Below, in pieces: positions 1 through 9,293 of a stretch of DNA of 64,000 nt (position 1 is its first letter; every line of letters starts with the position of its first letter). This DNA is from Nitrososphaeria archaeon (GTDB lineage Archaea; Thermoproteota; Nitrososphaeria; Nitrososphaerales; JAAOZN01), in NCBI GenBank assembly GCA_029775855.1, contig JARVJZ010000006.1, positions 1 to 64,000 on the forward strand, given 5' to 3'. A program made the position numbers and the translations under genes. The notes beneath the pieces were generated by a model, which did not search any database, was not told the origin of the DNA, and was given only the letters and a program-made list of their open reading frames with translations.

Positions 1-240
1 CAGTTAGATTTAGTAGAAGTTTTTCAGCTCTTTTGAGCATTTTTAGGTATTAATTCGCTAGGACCAACCTACACACATCTTAGTAAAAAGGCTCTTTCGC
101 GTATATCCATGGTGTTTGAAGAAAGAGGCTGTATGTGACGTTGTTGGTAAGAGTCGTGAAGGTTTATCTACGGAGTGGACATAAACACTTCTGTATGGAT
201 TAGCTGTATCTTAAGATACTAGAAGACCTAAGAGTTGATT

Positions 241-586
241 GTAGGCGGCATCATAATTGCAGGATACATCTACTCCTTGCCTATGTGTCCATCAAGGAAG
301 CTTCATTAGTGTTGATGGATGCTTGTCATAGACCAGAACTTGTTGAAGAGAGCAAGAAGATTATTGGGAATAAGTATGCGGTTGAAGTAGAGGAGGTTGA
401 AATGAGGGGGGCTGTGCCTAGATTGTTGGAATAATTAACATAGCGGCTGACGGAAACCTGACACTTAACCAAGTTGGTGAACTCAAAAGAAAGATAAAGC
501 ACGATCTGAGGAGGCAGATTAACGAATTGGGAGGATTGTCCATAGTCGTTAATCCAAGAAGCGGTTCAAAACGCCATTGGAAGTAG
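241..586 (+). pseudogene. Cation diffusion facilitator (CDF) transporter remnant: last TM helix plus C-terminal dimerisation domain, two frameshifts
   Basis: Three consecutive frame pieces read VGGIIIAGYIYSL / AYVSIKEASLVLMDACHRPELVEESKKIIGNKYAVEVEEVEMRGAVP / IVGIINIAADGNLTLNQVGELKRKIKHDLRRQINELGGLSIVVNP. This matches the CDF pattern LMD...v.mR..G...i.vdg.ltl...I.v.P. Confidence 0.7.
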
Positions 587-605
587 AAAGATGGTAAGGA
601 TACAG

Positions 606-690
606 TGCGGGGGGTGGGATTTGAACCCACGAACCCCTATGGGACGAGGTTCTGAGCCTCGCGCCTTTGACCTGGCTTGGCAACCCCCGC
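606..690 (-). tRNA. tRNA-Leu(CAG)
   Basis: Reverse complement is GCGGGGGTTGCCAAGCCAGGTCAAAGGCGCGAGGCTCAGAACCTCGTCCCATAGGGGTTCGTGGGTTCAAATCCCACCCCCCGCA. It has an acceptor stem, anticodon loop CT-CAG-AA, long variable arm and T-loop GTTCAAATC. No intron, no encoded CCA. Confidence 0.96.
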
Positions 691-774
691 CTCGCCATGC
701 CAGCTTAGAGCGTTAAATTTAAGCCTAAACACAACTGCTTAAATATTAGTGCTGCGCGTGTAATTTTTCTGTTT

Positions 775-1467
775 ATGAAGCGCCGGCTTGTAAAGCGTTT
801 ATTCACATTTATCGTGTTCGTAGGCATATTGGCTTTAGCACTCTACGCTATCTATCTTACCCAGAATCAGGTTTCTCTTTTTAACAGTAGGGAAGCAGCG
901 CTTATCCGTAATGGCGGCTTTGAGGAGGGCACGCTTAGAGGCTGGGGTGCTTCTGTTGTGGATGGTTCAACTGATACCAGCGTTGTAGCTGTGGCGAAAT
1001 ACGAACCATACGATGGTGAATACTGCTTAGCGTTGGTGTTGGATGGTAGAGCAAGGCTTGTTCGTGTTGAACCACAGATAGAGCAGATACGTTTAAACAA
1101 AATTGGAGGATTCAGTGTAGCCTATAGGTTGATGAACAACAGCGAAGTCGGTTTAAAAGTTACCTTCCTCTTAAAGGACACAAGATCTAACGAACTAAGA
1201 TCTCTCATATACATCCTTTATAATAAAGGTACAGCATACATATACTATAATGAGACAAATCAGCTTGTATTCAACATAGGGGATGCTAACCCAAAATGGA
1301 GTAAAATTGAACGCAACATCATACGCGACCTAACTAGCTACTGGGTTAAAGACAATCCTACAAACTTCATAATCCTAAACATAAACATCGAGCTATATCG
1401 CGCAACCGATAAACCATTTATGGGTGTAGTATTCGCATTTATAGATGAGTTCACCCTAAAAGATTAG
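775..1467 (+). CDS. Membrane-anchored hypothetical protein with carbohydrate-binding-module-like (NGGFE) domain
   Basis: Basic N-terminus and a TM helix, followed by the NGGFEEG...W motif typical of CBM4/9-like beta-sandwiches. Confidence 0.55.
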   Translation: MKRRLVKRLFTFIVFVGILALALYAIYLTQNQVSLFNSREAALIRNGGFEEGTLRGWGASVVDGSTDTSVVAVAKYEPYDGEYCLALVLDGRARLVRVEPQIEQIRLNKIGGFSVAYRLMNNSEVGLKVTFLLKDTRSNELRSLIYILYNKGTAYIYYNETNQLVFNIGDANPKWSKIERNIIRDLTSYWVKDNPTNFIILNINIELYRATDKPFMGVVFAFIDEFTLKD

Positions 1468-1468
1468 A

Positions 1469-2566
1469 TTACTCTTCTTTAGTTAGTGTAAGCAGCGCTG
1501 ATTCAGCGTCTGGAAATATATGTATTTTTACTCTACTACCTTTATGTCTAAAAATATAGGGTAAGGCATCTGAAGCACTTCTTATGTAATCAAAACCAAT
1601 CTTATTTACATAATATCTTGGTAGGGTTGAAATAAGCCCAACCTTAGTACGCTTGCTTAACCACCTCAAGTAAATTATATCCTCTAAACCATCCACATAA
1701 TCACCACGCGTAAGATAAGATTCTACATCCCTAGTAGCAGCTAACCTCAGCGCTTCAGAACCCAAGCCTTCGATGCACTCCGCAAAGAAGACCATTACAC
1801 ACCCTTCCACATCCCTCGCTACATTCCAAAGGGAATTGAGCGCTGAAGCTAAGGTGGCTGCTGACTTACCTAAGCCTGCTGAGGCGATTATCGCTTCCGG
1901 CGGGGAACGCAAGTTAATTTCACATATCTCTAAAAGATTTTGTGAAATCTGCTTATGCGCATTAATCAACTCACCAGCAGCTACATCAACCAAGATGTTG
2001 CCTAAATAGATGTATTCTACACCTAAGATGTTAGGAGCTTCAGAATAGGCGTAGAGACTCGCGTCTGTCTCTTTACCAGGCTTAGGTTCACTATCACGCA
2101 TATACTTAAAAGCCTCAGCCATAAAAGTTGGATTTAGAGTCTTAAGTAGTGTAACTGCGCCTCCCGAGAATCCAAATAAGGGATCTAAGCCAACTCTTGA
2201 AATAAAGATCTTAGTATCATATTCCACCAAATCTGACGCTGAGATATGTTTCACATCTACATTCAACCCTTCACACGCCTTTTTAAGCCAAGAGTATATG
2301 CTTCTTTCACAACCTACTGTAATGGATGTTACTGTACTGCTCACTTTTGCGGCGTTGAGTATAGATTTCAAGATGATAGCCGAGGCTTCATCGGTTTCAG
2401 ATAAGAGTATCAAAGATTTGCCCCTGAATTCAATCTCTTTTATCCTACTCATCAAAACATTCTCATCTAGAGGTTTGATGTTTGGGGTATAGATCTTAGC
2501 CACATTCTCCACCTTTACATTTATAGGCACCTCAACTGTACCGTATGGAAGCCATACCTCAGGCAT
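1469..2566 (-). CDS. LarA/DUF2088 (lactate racemase-like) family protein, degenerate
   Basis: N-terminal WLPYG, GFSGG motif, and C-terminal AECIEGLG ... FPDA typical of the LarA family. Confidence 0.7.
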   Translation of the reverse strand: MPEVWLPYGTVEVPINVKVENVAKIYTPNIKPLDENVLMSRIKEIEFRGKSLILLSETDEASAIILKSILNAAKVSSTVTSITVGCERSIYSWLKKACEGLNVDVKHISASDLVEYDTKIFISRVGLDPLFGFSGGAVTLLKTLNPTFMAEAFKYMRDSEPKPGKETDASLYAYSEAPNILGVEYIYLGNILVDVAAGELINAHKQISQNLLEICEINLRSPPEAIIASAGLGKSAATLASALNSLWNVARDVEGCVMVFFAECIEGLGSEALRLAATRDVESYLTRGDYVDGLEDIIYLRWLSKRTKVGLISTLPRYYVNKIGFDYIRSASDALPYIFRHKGSRVKIHIFPDAESALLTLTKEE

Positions 2567-2628
2567 ATCCTGTACACTATAAGAAAAGGGAAGACTTAAA
2601 GATAGTTATCAATACACTATAGGCTGAG

Positions 2629-3258
2629 TTGGCTGAAGATACGGCTGAGCGCATAAAGCTGGTTAGAGATTTAAGTAAAGTCTTAGTTAAGATGGATGCC
2701 ATACAGTTCGGCACCTTTAAGCTTACAAGCGGCAAACTTAGCTCATACTACATCAACCTAAGGCTTGTGCCTAGCTTCCCCGATGTCTTTAAAGAGACAG
2801 TCACATGCTACCTTCACATCATAAAAAACGAGATTGGATTAGCTAGCTTCGACGCAATATGCGGAATAGCCACCTCAGGGTTAACATTTGCTGCTGCTGT
2901 AGCATATATTCTGTCAAAGCCCTTAATCTACCTCAGGCGTGAAAAGAAGGAGCACGGTTTAACCAAGAGATTAGAAGGTGCAATCTACCCAGGTTGGAAG
3001 GTTCTGGTGTTAGATGATTTAGCCACAACAGGCGAATCCATATTAACAGCCGTAAATGCTGTGAGAAGTGAAGGGGGAATAGTAGGAGACGCGGTAGTAC
3101 TTATAGATAGGAAAGAAGGAGCTGAAAAGGCTCTACTTCAAGAAGGTGTTAGAATGCATGCATTCACAAACATATCTGAAATATCTGAAATACTCTACGA
3201 CGCTGGAATGCTCGACTACGAACAGATCACAGCGATAAGGGCGCAGATGCAAAGTTAG
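2629..3258 (+). CDS. pyrE: Orotate phosphoribosyltransferase
   Basis: FGTFKLTSGKLSSYYINLR, RREKKEHG, PRPP-binding VLDDLATTGES. Confidence 0.95.
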   Translation: MAEDTAERIKLVRDLSKVLVKMDAIQFGTFKLTSGKLSSYYINLRLVPSFPDVFKETVTCYLHIIKNEIGLASFDAICGIATSGLTFAAAVAYILSKPLIYLRREKKEHGLTKRLEGAIYPGWKVLVLDDLATTGESILTAVNAVRSEGGIVGDAVVLIDRKEGAEKALLQEGVRMHAFTNISEISEILYDAGMLDYEQITAIRAQMQS

Positions 3259-3812
3259 TAGATCATAAGGTTCTTACTTTCGAGCAAAGTGTGCAGATTG
3301 TTAACCGCTTGGTAAACCTCTGACTCCTTCTTTGCACCTGTGCAGACGAGTTTCCCGCTGGCGAACAGAAGTATCACTGTTTTAGGCTCCTGCATTCGAT
3401 GAATCAAACCTGGGAATTGCTCTGGTTCATACATTGATCTTGGGAGTTGCCTTGCCGCCTCTTCAAGATGAACCCTGCCCCCTAGGCTCGCTGAGGCTAC
3501 AATATTTTGTATCTCGATTATAGGCTCGTTCTGAACATCTATTCCTCCTTTTCTGAGGCGTTGAACAACCATCTTTACGGCTTTAATTGCTTGATCTTCT
3601 GATTTTGCCCCTGTGCACACCATTTTGCCTGAGCTGAATATGAGGGTTGCGGTTTTAGGCATCTTAAGTCTGAAGACGAGACCGGGAAATTGGTCTGGAT
3701 GGTATTCTACATCTGTGAAGTTTCTTGTTATCGCATTGAGGTCGACTCGCTGGTTTATGGTTGCAGAAGCTACAACATTTTCTATGCTTATTATAGGTTT
3801 TGTCTGGGGCAT
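3255..3812 (-). CDS. tbp: TATA-box binding protein
   Basis: Two repeats of NVVAS...YxPxQFPGL...LxFxSGKxVCTGAK. Confidence 0.98.
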   Translation of the reverse strand: MPQTKPIISIENVVASATINQRVDLNAITRNFTDVEYHPDQFPGLVFRLKMPKTATLIFSSGKMVCTGAKSEDQAIKAVKMVVQRLRKGGIDVQNEPIIEIQNIVASASLGGRVHLEEAARQLPRSMYEPEQFPGLIHRMQEPKTVILLFASGKLVCTGAKKESEVYQAVNNLHTLLESKNLMIY

Positions 3813-3883
3813 TTATACCGCCCTTTAATAAAGCTTGGGGTAGTATTTAAACCGTATTTGAAACCTTTTAATTCTAAAGAGCT

Positions 3884-4375
3884 TTACCTGCGTTTTAACT
3901 CAGCTATAAATATCAGCGCGATGAAAAAAAGAATGAGAAAATAATTTAACGGAGGTTGTATGATTGAAGTGATCCTTCCTATATAGGGGAGGGTAAGGAT
4001 AACTTTGCCGATGTAATGTGACTCTCTAACTACCCAAGAATCAGGAGCGTAGTTATTGTCGCCCTTAGTGTAAATAGCTACCCCATATTGATCTGAGGCC
4101 ATACCATATATCCTGTGAACGATTACCCGCCCATCACCAGAAGGGCTGTGAAAGACTATGATGTCGCCAACCTTTAGGCTTTGAAATGTGTCTTTATCTC
4201 TCACTATAATGATGTCGCCCACGTTTAACGCTGGTATCATGCTTCCTGAAGATACTACATAAGCGGGGTTGGATGTGCCTAGCGCGAATGTAAGACTTGC
4301 CCAGAATACGATAACTAAAATTATGGTTATGGAGACATAGGCTACAGCGCGGGCAATAGGTCTTAGCATCTTCAC
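3884..4375 (-). CDS. Signal peptidase I (archaeal/ER-type S26B)
   Basis: VVSSGSMIP (catalytic Ser), GDIIVF, IVHRI (His), TKGDNN. Confidence 0.92.
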   Translation of the reverse strand: MKMLRPIARAVAYVSITIILVIVFWASLTFALGTSNPAYVVSSGSMIPALNVGDIIIVRDKDTFQSLKVGDIIVFHSPSGDGRVIVHRIYGMASDQYGVAIYTKGDNNYAPDSWVVRESHYIGKVILTLPYIGRITSIIQPPLNYFLILFFIALIFIAELKRR

Positions 4376-4540
4376 TTTCTTATCCTACAATGGGTAAGAT
4401 AGGACTACACTTAAGGTTTATTTTAACAATTTACTTTTGATTACTGATTTGGGTTATGGACAAAATATTTAAGAGTGAATAAGGTGAGGCTGGTTAGGTA
4501 TGCTTGACTTAAGTAGTATGCAAGGGGCAGTGTAGACCCG

Positions 4541-5197
4541 TTGGAAGTTAATGTCTTAGAGGCTGATAATAGTAAGGTTAAGGTGCTCTTAAGCGGTGTA
4601 GATAGAGTTTATGCTAATGCCGTAAGAAGATTCGCTTTAAGCGAAGTGCCTGTGATGGCTATAGATGATGTGGTCATCTTAGAAAATACATCTATACTAT
4701 ATGATGAAGTTCTTGCACATAGGCTTGGGCTTATACCGATTTATACCGATCTAACTAGATACACATTACCAGAAGAATGTGACTGTAAAAGTGAATTAGG
4801 CTGCCCAAGGTGCAGAGTACTTTTTGTGCTGGACGCAGCCGCTGAAGATAAACCTAAGACGGTATATTCTGGAGACCTTGTTTCAGAAGATAAGGAGACC
4901 AGACCCATAAGCCCAAATATACCTATTGTAAAACTTGCTCCTGGTCAGAAGCTGAAACTTGAAGCATATGCTAAACTTGGCAGAGGTAAGAACCACGCAA
5001 AATGGCAGCCAGCTACTGTGGCTGTGCTCCGTGATGTTGAAGAAGAGGGTAAAAAGTTTGAGTTATATATCGAATCTGTAGGCGCACTTCCCGCTACTGA
5101 AATACTTTTACAAGCGATAAAGATACTTTACGCCAAGATGAATAAAATATTTGAAGAGGTGGAGGGTGCAGAACTTGACAAGCAGGAGAGAAAGTAG
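4541..5197 (+). CDS. rpoD: DNA-directed RNA polymerase subunit D (Rpo3)
   Basis: ANAVRRFALSEVPVMAID, DEVLAHRLGLIP, HAKWQP. Confidence 0.96.
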   Translation: MEVNVLEADNSKVKVLLSGVDRVYANAVRRFALSEVPVMAIDDVVILENTSILYDEVLAHRLGLIPIYTDLTRYTLPEECDCKSELGCPRCRVLFVLDAAAEDKPKTVYSGDLVSEDKETRPISPNIPIVKLAPGQKLKLEAYAKLGRGKNHAKWQPATVAVLRDVEEEGKKFELYIESVGALPATEILLQAIKILYAKMNKIFEEVEGAELDKQERK

Positions 5198-5543
5198 AAA
5201 CCCACTACTTAGAAGCGATATAGTAGCCTTAAGGAAAGCATCTAAAGCTAATAAAAACAGACTCTGGAAGGCTGTTGCGGATCAGTTAGAATGTAGTAGA
5301 TCAAAAAGAGTAGTTGTTAACATTGGGAAGATAGCTAAGCTTACTAAGCCCGGTGATGTTGTTGTCGTCCCGGGTAAAGTTTTAGGTGGGGGTCTTATAG
5401 AGCATAAGGTGGTTGTAGGAGGTTTTTCCTTCTCTCAAGTAGCTCGTTCAAAGATTTGTGCTGCTGGCGGTGAAGCTTTAACTATTAGAAGGTTAATCGA
5501 GGCTTATCCTACTGGCAAGGGGGTTAAGATTATTGGAGGCTAA
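5175..5543 (+). CDS. rpl18e: 50S ribosomal protein L18e
   Basis: VNIGKI...VVVPGKVLGGG...FSQVARSKI. Start moved to TTG 5175. Confidence 0.94.
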   Translation: MTSRRESRNPLLRSDIVALRKASKANKNRLWKAVADQLECSRSKRVVVNIGKIAKLTKPGDVVVVPGKVLGGGLIEHKVVVGGFSFSQVARSKICAAGGEALTIRRLIEAYPTGKGVKIIGG

Positions 5544-5991
5544 TGTGCAAAAGGTTCAACAACCAATAGTTGTAGATGGAGCTGGACATATTGCTGGAAG
5601 ACTTGCATCTTTAGTGGCTAAGAATCTACTGGAAGGGAAGCGGGTAGTGGTGGTGAACACAGAGAAGATCCTAATTTCTGGAAATATAAGTAGCATAAGA
5701 AAGGAGTGGGAGAAAAGACTCGAAATATCCAGTGTGACCAATCCTAAGCACGGTCCTTTTCATCCAAGAAGGCCAGAAAGGATATTCGCAAGGATGGTTA
5801 GGGGTATGATACCTAGAAAGAAAGCGAAGGGCGTAGCAGCACTAAAAAGGTTGAGAACATACATTGGAGTTCCAGAAGAGTATAAAAATATTGAGAAGGT
5901 CTCCTTCAAGGAAGCAATGATGACTAAGCCAGAAGCATATTATGTAAAGTTAGGTGAAGTTGCTAAGCTAATAGGTTGGAAAGGGGAGTGA
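5533..5991 (+). CDS. rpl13: 50S ribosomal protein L13
   Basis: VDGAGHIAGRLAS, GPFHPRRP..RMVRGMIP. Confidence 0.96.
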   Translation: MEANVQKVQQPIVVDGAGHIAGRLASLVAKNLLEGKRVVVVNTEKILISGNISSIRKEWEKRLEISSVTNPKHGPFHPRRPERIFARMVRGMIPRKKAKGVAALKRLRTYIGVPEEYKNIEKVSFKEAMMTKPEAYYVKLGEVAKLIGWKGE

Positions 5992-5998
5992 GGGGAGA

Positions 5999-6415
5999 TT
6001 GACAAAAAAGAAGCAACAGCAACTCTTACTTGTGTCGGGTGAAAGAAAGACTGCAAGAGCAACAGCAGCCATCCGAGCTGGTATAGGCAGAGTTAGGATA
6101 AACAAGGTTCCTGTTGAAATCTGGACACCTTATGCTGCTAAGGAAGTTATAATGACACCGTTAATCATAGCTGGAGATATGCGAAATAAGGTTGACATCG
6201 ATGTTGAAGTTAAAGGCGGTGGGGTTATGGGGCAAGCATACGCTGCAGCTATGGCTATCGCAAGAGCCCTTGTAGAGTTCTTTAATTCAGAAGAGTTGAA
6301 GGCTAAAATTACTGCTATAGATGAGCATCTAATAAAAGGTGACCCGCGACAGACAGAGCCTAAAAAGTTCGGTGGACCTGGTCCTCGAAGGAGAAGGCAA
6401 AAGTCATACCGCTGA
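5999..6415 (+). CDS. rps9: 30S ribosomal protein S9
   Basis: RKTARATA, VKGGGVMGQA, EPKKFGGPGPRRRRQKSYR. Confidence 0.97.
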   Translation: MTKKKQQQLLLVSGERKTARATAAIRAGIGRVRINKVPVEIWTPYAAKEVIMTPLIIAGDMRNKVDIDVEVKGGGVMGQAYAAAMAIARALVEFFNSEELKAKITAIDEHLIKGDPRQTEPKKFGGPGPRRRRQKSYR

Positions 6416-6453
6416 GAAAAGTTTAAAATAATGTTTAAAGGATTGGGTAGTAA

Positions 6454-6687
6454 ATGCTCTACCCTATTAGATGCTTCACTTGCGGTGCGCTTATCGGCGA
6501 TAAGTTTGCGGAGTTTGATAAGAAGGTTAAAGCGGGTGAAGATGCTGGTAAAGTTTTGGACTCTATGGGGATAAAGCGCTATTGTTGTAGGCGTATGCTA
6601 CTTACAAGCGTAGACCTAAGTGAACAGATCTTGCCATACTATGAAGCTATATGGAAGCGGCAAACTGAGACTACAGGTGAGGGTTGA
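6454..6687 (+). CDS. rpoN: RNA polymerase subunit N (Rpo10)
   Basis: PIRCFTCG...RYCCRRML. Confidence 0.97.
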   Translation: MLYPIRCFTCGALIGDKFAEFDKKVKAGEDAGKVLDSMGIKRYCCRRMLLTSVDLSEQILPYYEAIWKRQTETTGEG

Positions 6688-6691
6688 CTAC

Positions 6692-7954
6692 ATGGTTTCT
6701 GTTCCCATAAGGGAAGTTTGGGGGCGTCTATGCTTCAACTCACGCGGCCAAGAGACGGTTGAGGTTGATGTTAAGGCTGGAGACGGTTTAGGTAGAGCTA
6801 TGGCGCCGGCTGGCGCGAGTGTCGGAAGATTTGAAGCACAAAACTTTCCTCAACAAGGTGTCAGAGAAGCACTTAGACTACTAAAAGAATATTCCAAAAA
6901 GCTGATTGGTTTAGATGCTGCAGATCCAAAGGTTATAACATCAACTCTAAGAGAAATAGATGGGACAGCAAACTATAGCAGAATAGGCGGCGCGGTAGCA
7001 TACGCTGTTTCTATGGCTGCAGTAGAAGCAGCCGCTGCTCACTTAAAGAAACCAATATACGCTATTATCTCACCTAACTTAGAGCCAAGATTACCCTACC
7101 CTCTAGGCAACTTTATAGGTGGAGGAAAACACGCAGGACCGGGAGCTCCAGATATACAAGAATTGCTCGCTTGCCCAGTAGGCGCTAAGAGAATTGAAGA
7201 TGCGGTTAGAGCTAACATAATAGTTCACAAAGAAGCTAGGGCGCTTATTGAGAAAAAGCAACCTTTGTTTGCCGGTGGAAAGGGAGATGAAGGGGCTTGG
7301 GCTGCTAATCTTGATAATAATGAAGCATTAATGCTAGCTGTAGAAGCAGTGGCGAAAGCGGCTGATAAAGTAGGTTTTCGTATACGCTTAGGCGCAGATT
7401 TCGCTGCTTCCTCACTTTGGGACGAGAAGCAAGGCGTTTATGTCTACGCTCGAGGCTCTAAGAAGCTTAAGCCGGAAGAGCAGATTCAATATGTGGCTGA
7501 GCTTGCAGATAAGTTTGATCTATTCTATCTTGAGGATCCTCTACACGAAGAGTCGTTTGATGACTTCCATGAGCTAACTAAATCTGTGAAGAATGCGCTT
7601 GTCGTAGGTGATGATTTACTAGTTACGAACCCGAGCCGCCTACAGTTTGCTTTATCTAAACGCTCTTGTAATGGCGCCATTTTAAAGGTTAATCAAGCTG
7701 GCTCGCTTGGAGATGCGCTTGAATTTGCCAACCTTGCTTTGGCAAACAACATAGTAATTACAACTTCACATCGTTCAGGTGATACAGTCGATAGCCATAT
7801 TGCCCAAGTTGCGGTAGCAACTGGCTCAAAGATGATAAAGACAGGTATAGTGGGCGGAGAGAGAATATCTAAGCTCAATGAACTACTAAGAATAAATGAA
7901 AGCATATATCTTGAAAAAGGCTCAGAGGCACAGATGGCTTCATTCAACCAATAA
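6692..7954 (+). CDS. eno: Enolase
   Basis: NSRG..TVEV, GDEG, YLEDP, VGDDLLVTN, LKVNQAG, SHRSGDT, ERISKLNELLRI. Start set to ATG 6692. Confidence 0.95.
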   Translation: MVSVPIREVWGRLCFNSRGQETVEVDVKAGDGLGRAMAPAGASVGRFEAQNFPQQGVREALRLLKEYSKKLIGLDAADPKVITSTLREIDGTANYSRIGGAVAYAVSMAAVEAAAAHLKKPIYAIISPNLEPRLPYPLGNFIGGGKHAGPGAPDIQELLACPVGAKRIEDAVRANIIVHKEARALIEKKQPLFAGGKGDEGAWAANLDNNEALMLAVEAVAKAADKVGFRIRLGADFAASSLWDEKQGVYVYARGSKKLKPEEQIQYVAELADKFDLFYLEDPLHEESFDDFHELTKSVKNALVVGDDLLVTNPSRLQFALSKRSCNGAILKVNQAGSLGDALEFANLALANNIVITTSHRSGDTVDSHIAQVAVATGSKMIKTGIVGGERISKLNELLRINESIYLEKGSEAQMASFNQ

Positions 7955-7979
7955 CCCCTCTCCTTCTAAGGTGGATGCT

Positions 7980-8474
7980 GTGAAAACTGGGGAGATCTAT
8001 CGGCGTGTATTAGGTTTAATTAGAGGAAAGCCGACGAATTTTAGCTGGGTTATCGAAGACAAGCTAGCAGCAAGCGGGAGACCTACCAGCAAAGGTGAGA
8101 TAATATGGCTAGCTAAACAAGGAATAAAGTCGATACTAAGCCTAACAGAAAGAGAACTACCGCGCAGCTGGTTGGATGGTGTCTGCTATAAACATGTGCC
8201 TATGCTAGACCATAAACCGCCTTCACTAGATAAACTCGACGAAGCTGTTAACTTCATAAAGGAACAGATTGAACAAGGCAAACCTACGCTGGTTCATTGC
8301 GCTGCTGGGAAAGGTAGGACTGGGACGGTCTTGGCAGCATATCTAATGAAATATAAAAATATTCCTCTAGATGAAGCGGTTAAGCATATCCGTGCTCTTA
8401 GACCCGGTTCTATAGAAGAGGCGCAAATAAACTCTTTAGTATCTTTCAGTAAAAGGTTAGAAGATGAGAACTAG
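7980..8474 (+). CDS. Dual-specificity protein phosphatase family protein
   Basis: VHCAAGKGRTG P-loop (CX5R), D-containing acid loop MLDHKPP. Start GTG 7980 after an SD-like AAGGTGG. Confidence 0.9.
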   Translation: MKTGEIYRRVLGLIRGKPTNFSWVIEDKLAASGRPTSKGEIIWLAKQGIKSILSLTERELPRSWLDGVCYKHVPMLDHKPPSLDKLDEAVNFIKEQIEQGKPTLVHCAAGKGRTGTVLAAYLMKYKNIPLDEAVKHIRALRPGSIEEAQINSLVSFSKRLEDEN

Positions 8475-8952
8475 ATCTGTGCCTAGAGAAGAAGCTGACG
8501 AGATTTATACCAAAATGCTAATGAATTGGTCTAAGGAGCTCTTACCTAAAAGACTCAAAGGGCTCCTTGCCTTAGAGTTAGATGAAAAGAGAGCTTTACT
8601 GATGTTAAATGACTTTAAAGCGGTTAAGGTAGGTGATAAGTTCGTCCCCTTTTTGGCTGACGCTAAGCGTCTGAGCGCATTTCCCTATTTGTTCGTGGAT
8701 AGCGGCGCTGTGCGTTTTATATGTAATGGCGCTGATGTTATGCGACCAGGTGTTAAAGCTTTCCCAACAGCTTTCAACAAAGGAGATATTGTCGTTGTTA
8801 AGGAGGAGAAGTTTCAAAAAGCTATCGCGGTAGGCGAGGCAAACATTTCAAGCCAAGAAGCGCAGCTACTAACAAAAGGTTCAGTTGTATCTAATCTACA
8901 TTATGTAGGAGATAAGATCTGGGAACTGGCAAAAGAGAAGGGCATAATCTAA
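8464..8952 (+). CDS. PUA-domain RNA-binding protein (MCT-1/DUF1947-like)
   Basis: VDSGAVRFICNGADVMRPGV...AIAVG...LHYVGDKIW. Confidence 0.9.
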   Translation: MRTRSVPREEADEIYTKMLMNWSKELLPKRLKGLLALELDEKRALLMLNDFKAVKVGDKFVPFLADAKRLSAFPYLFVDSGAVRFICNGADVMRPGVKAFPTAFNKGDIVVVKEEKFQKAIAVGEANISSQEAQLLTKGSVVSNLHYVGDKIWELAKEKGII

Positions 8953-8990
8953 AAGAAGAAAGAGCACCAAAAGAGATAAGAAAGGGGAGT

Positions 8991-9293
8991 ATGTTAAAGA
9001 CGGTAGTGTTGGAGAAAGAGAATAATAAGAAGGAGCGACCACAGATATATCTGAAGGCCCTCCCACTAAGAGATAGAGAAGAAGTGGATGATATAAAGAA
9101 GAATTTATCATCAAATGTTATTGTGATTCTACGCATCACACCTTTAGCGCAGAAGAATATAGAAGAGTTAAGGAAAGCTGTAGAGGAACTTTACAACTAC
9201 ACCACAGCTATAGGTGGGGATATAGCCCGCTTAGGGGAAGAGCGAATAGTCGTAACACCTCCTGGCGTGAAGATCTGGAGGGGGCTGCTTTAA
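8991..9293 (+). CDS. sepF: Cell division protein SepF (archaeal)
   Basis: IVILRITPL...GGDIARLGEERIVVTPPGVKI. Confidence 0.85.
   Translation: MLKTVVLEKENNKKERPQIYLKALPLRDREEVDDIKKNLSSNVIVILRITPLAQKNIEELRKAVEELYNYTTAIGGDIARLGEERIVVTPPGVKIWRGLL

Noticed and set aside
418-630. 70-aa minus-strand ORF
   Set aside because: Begins inside the tRNA gene and is antisense to the CDF remnant; spurious.
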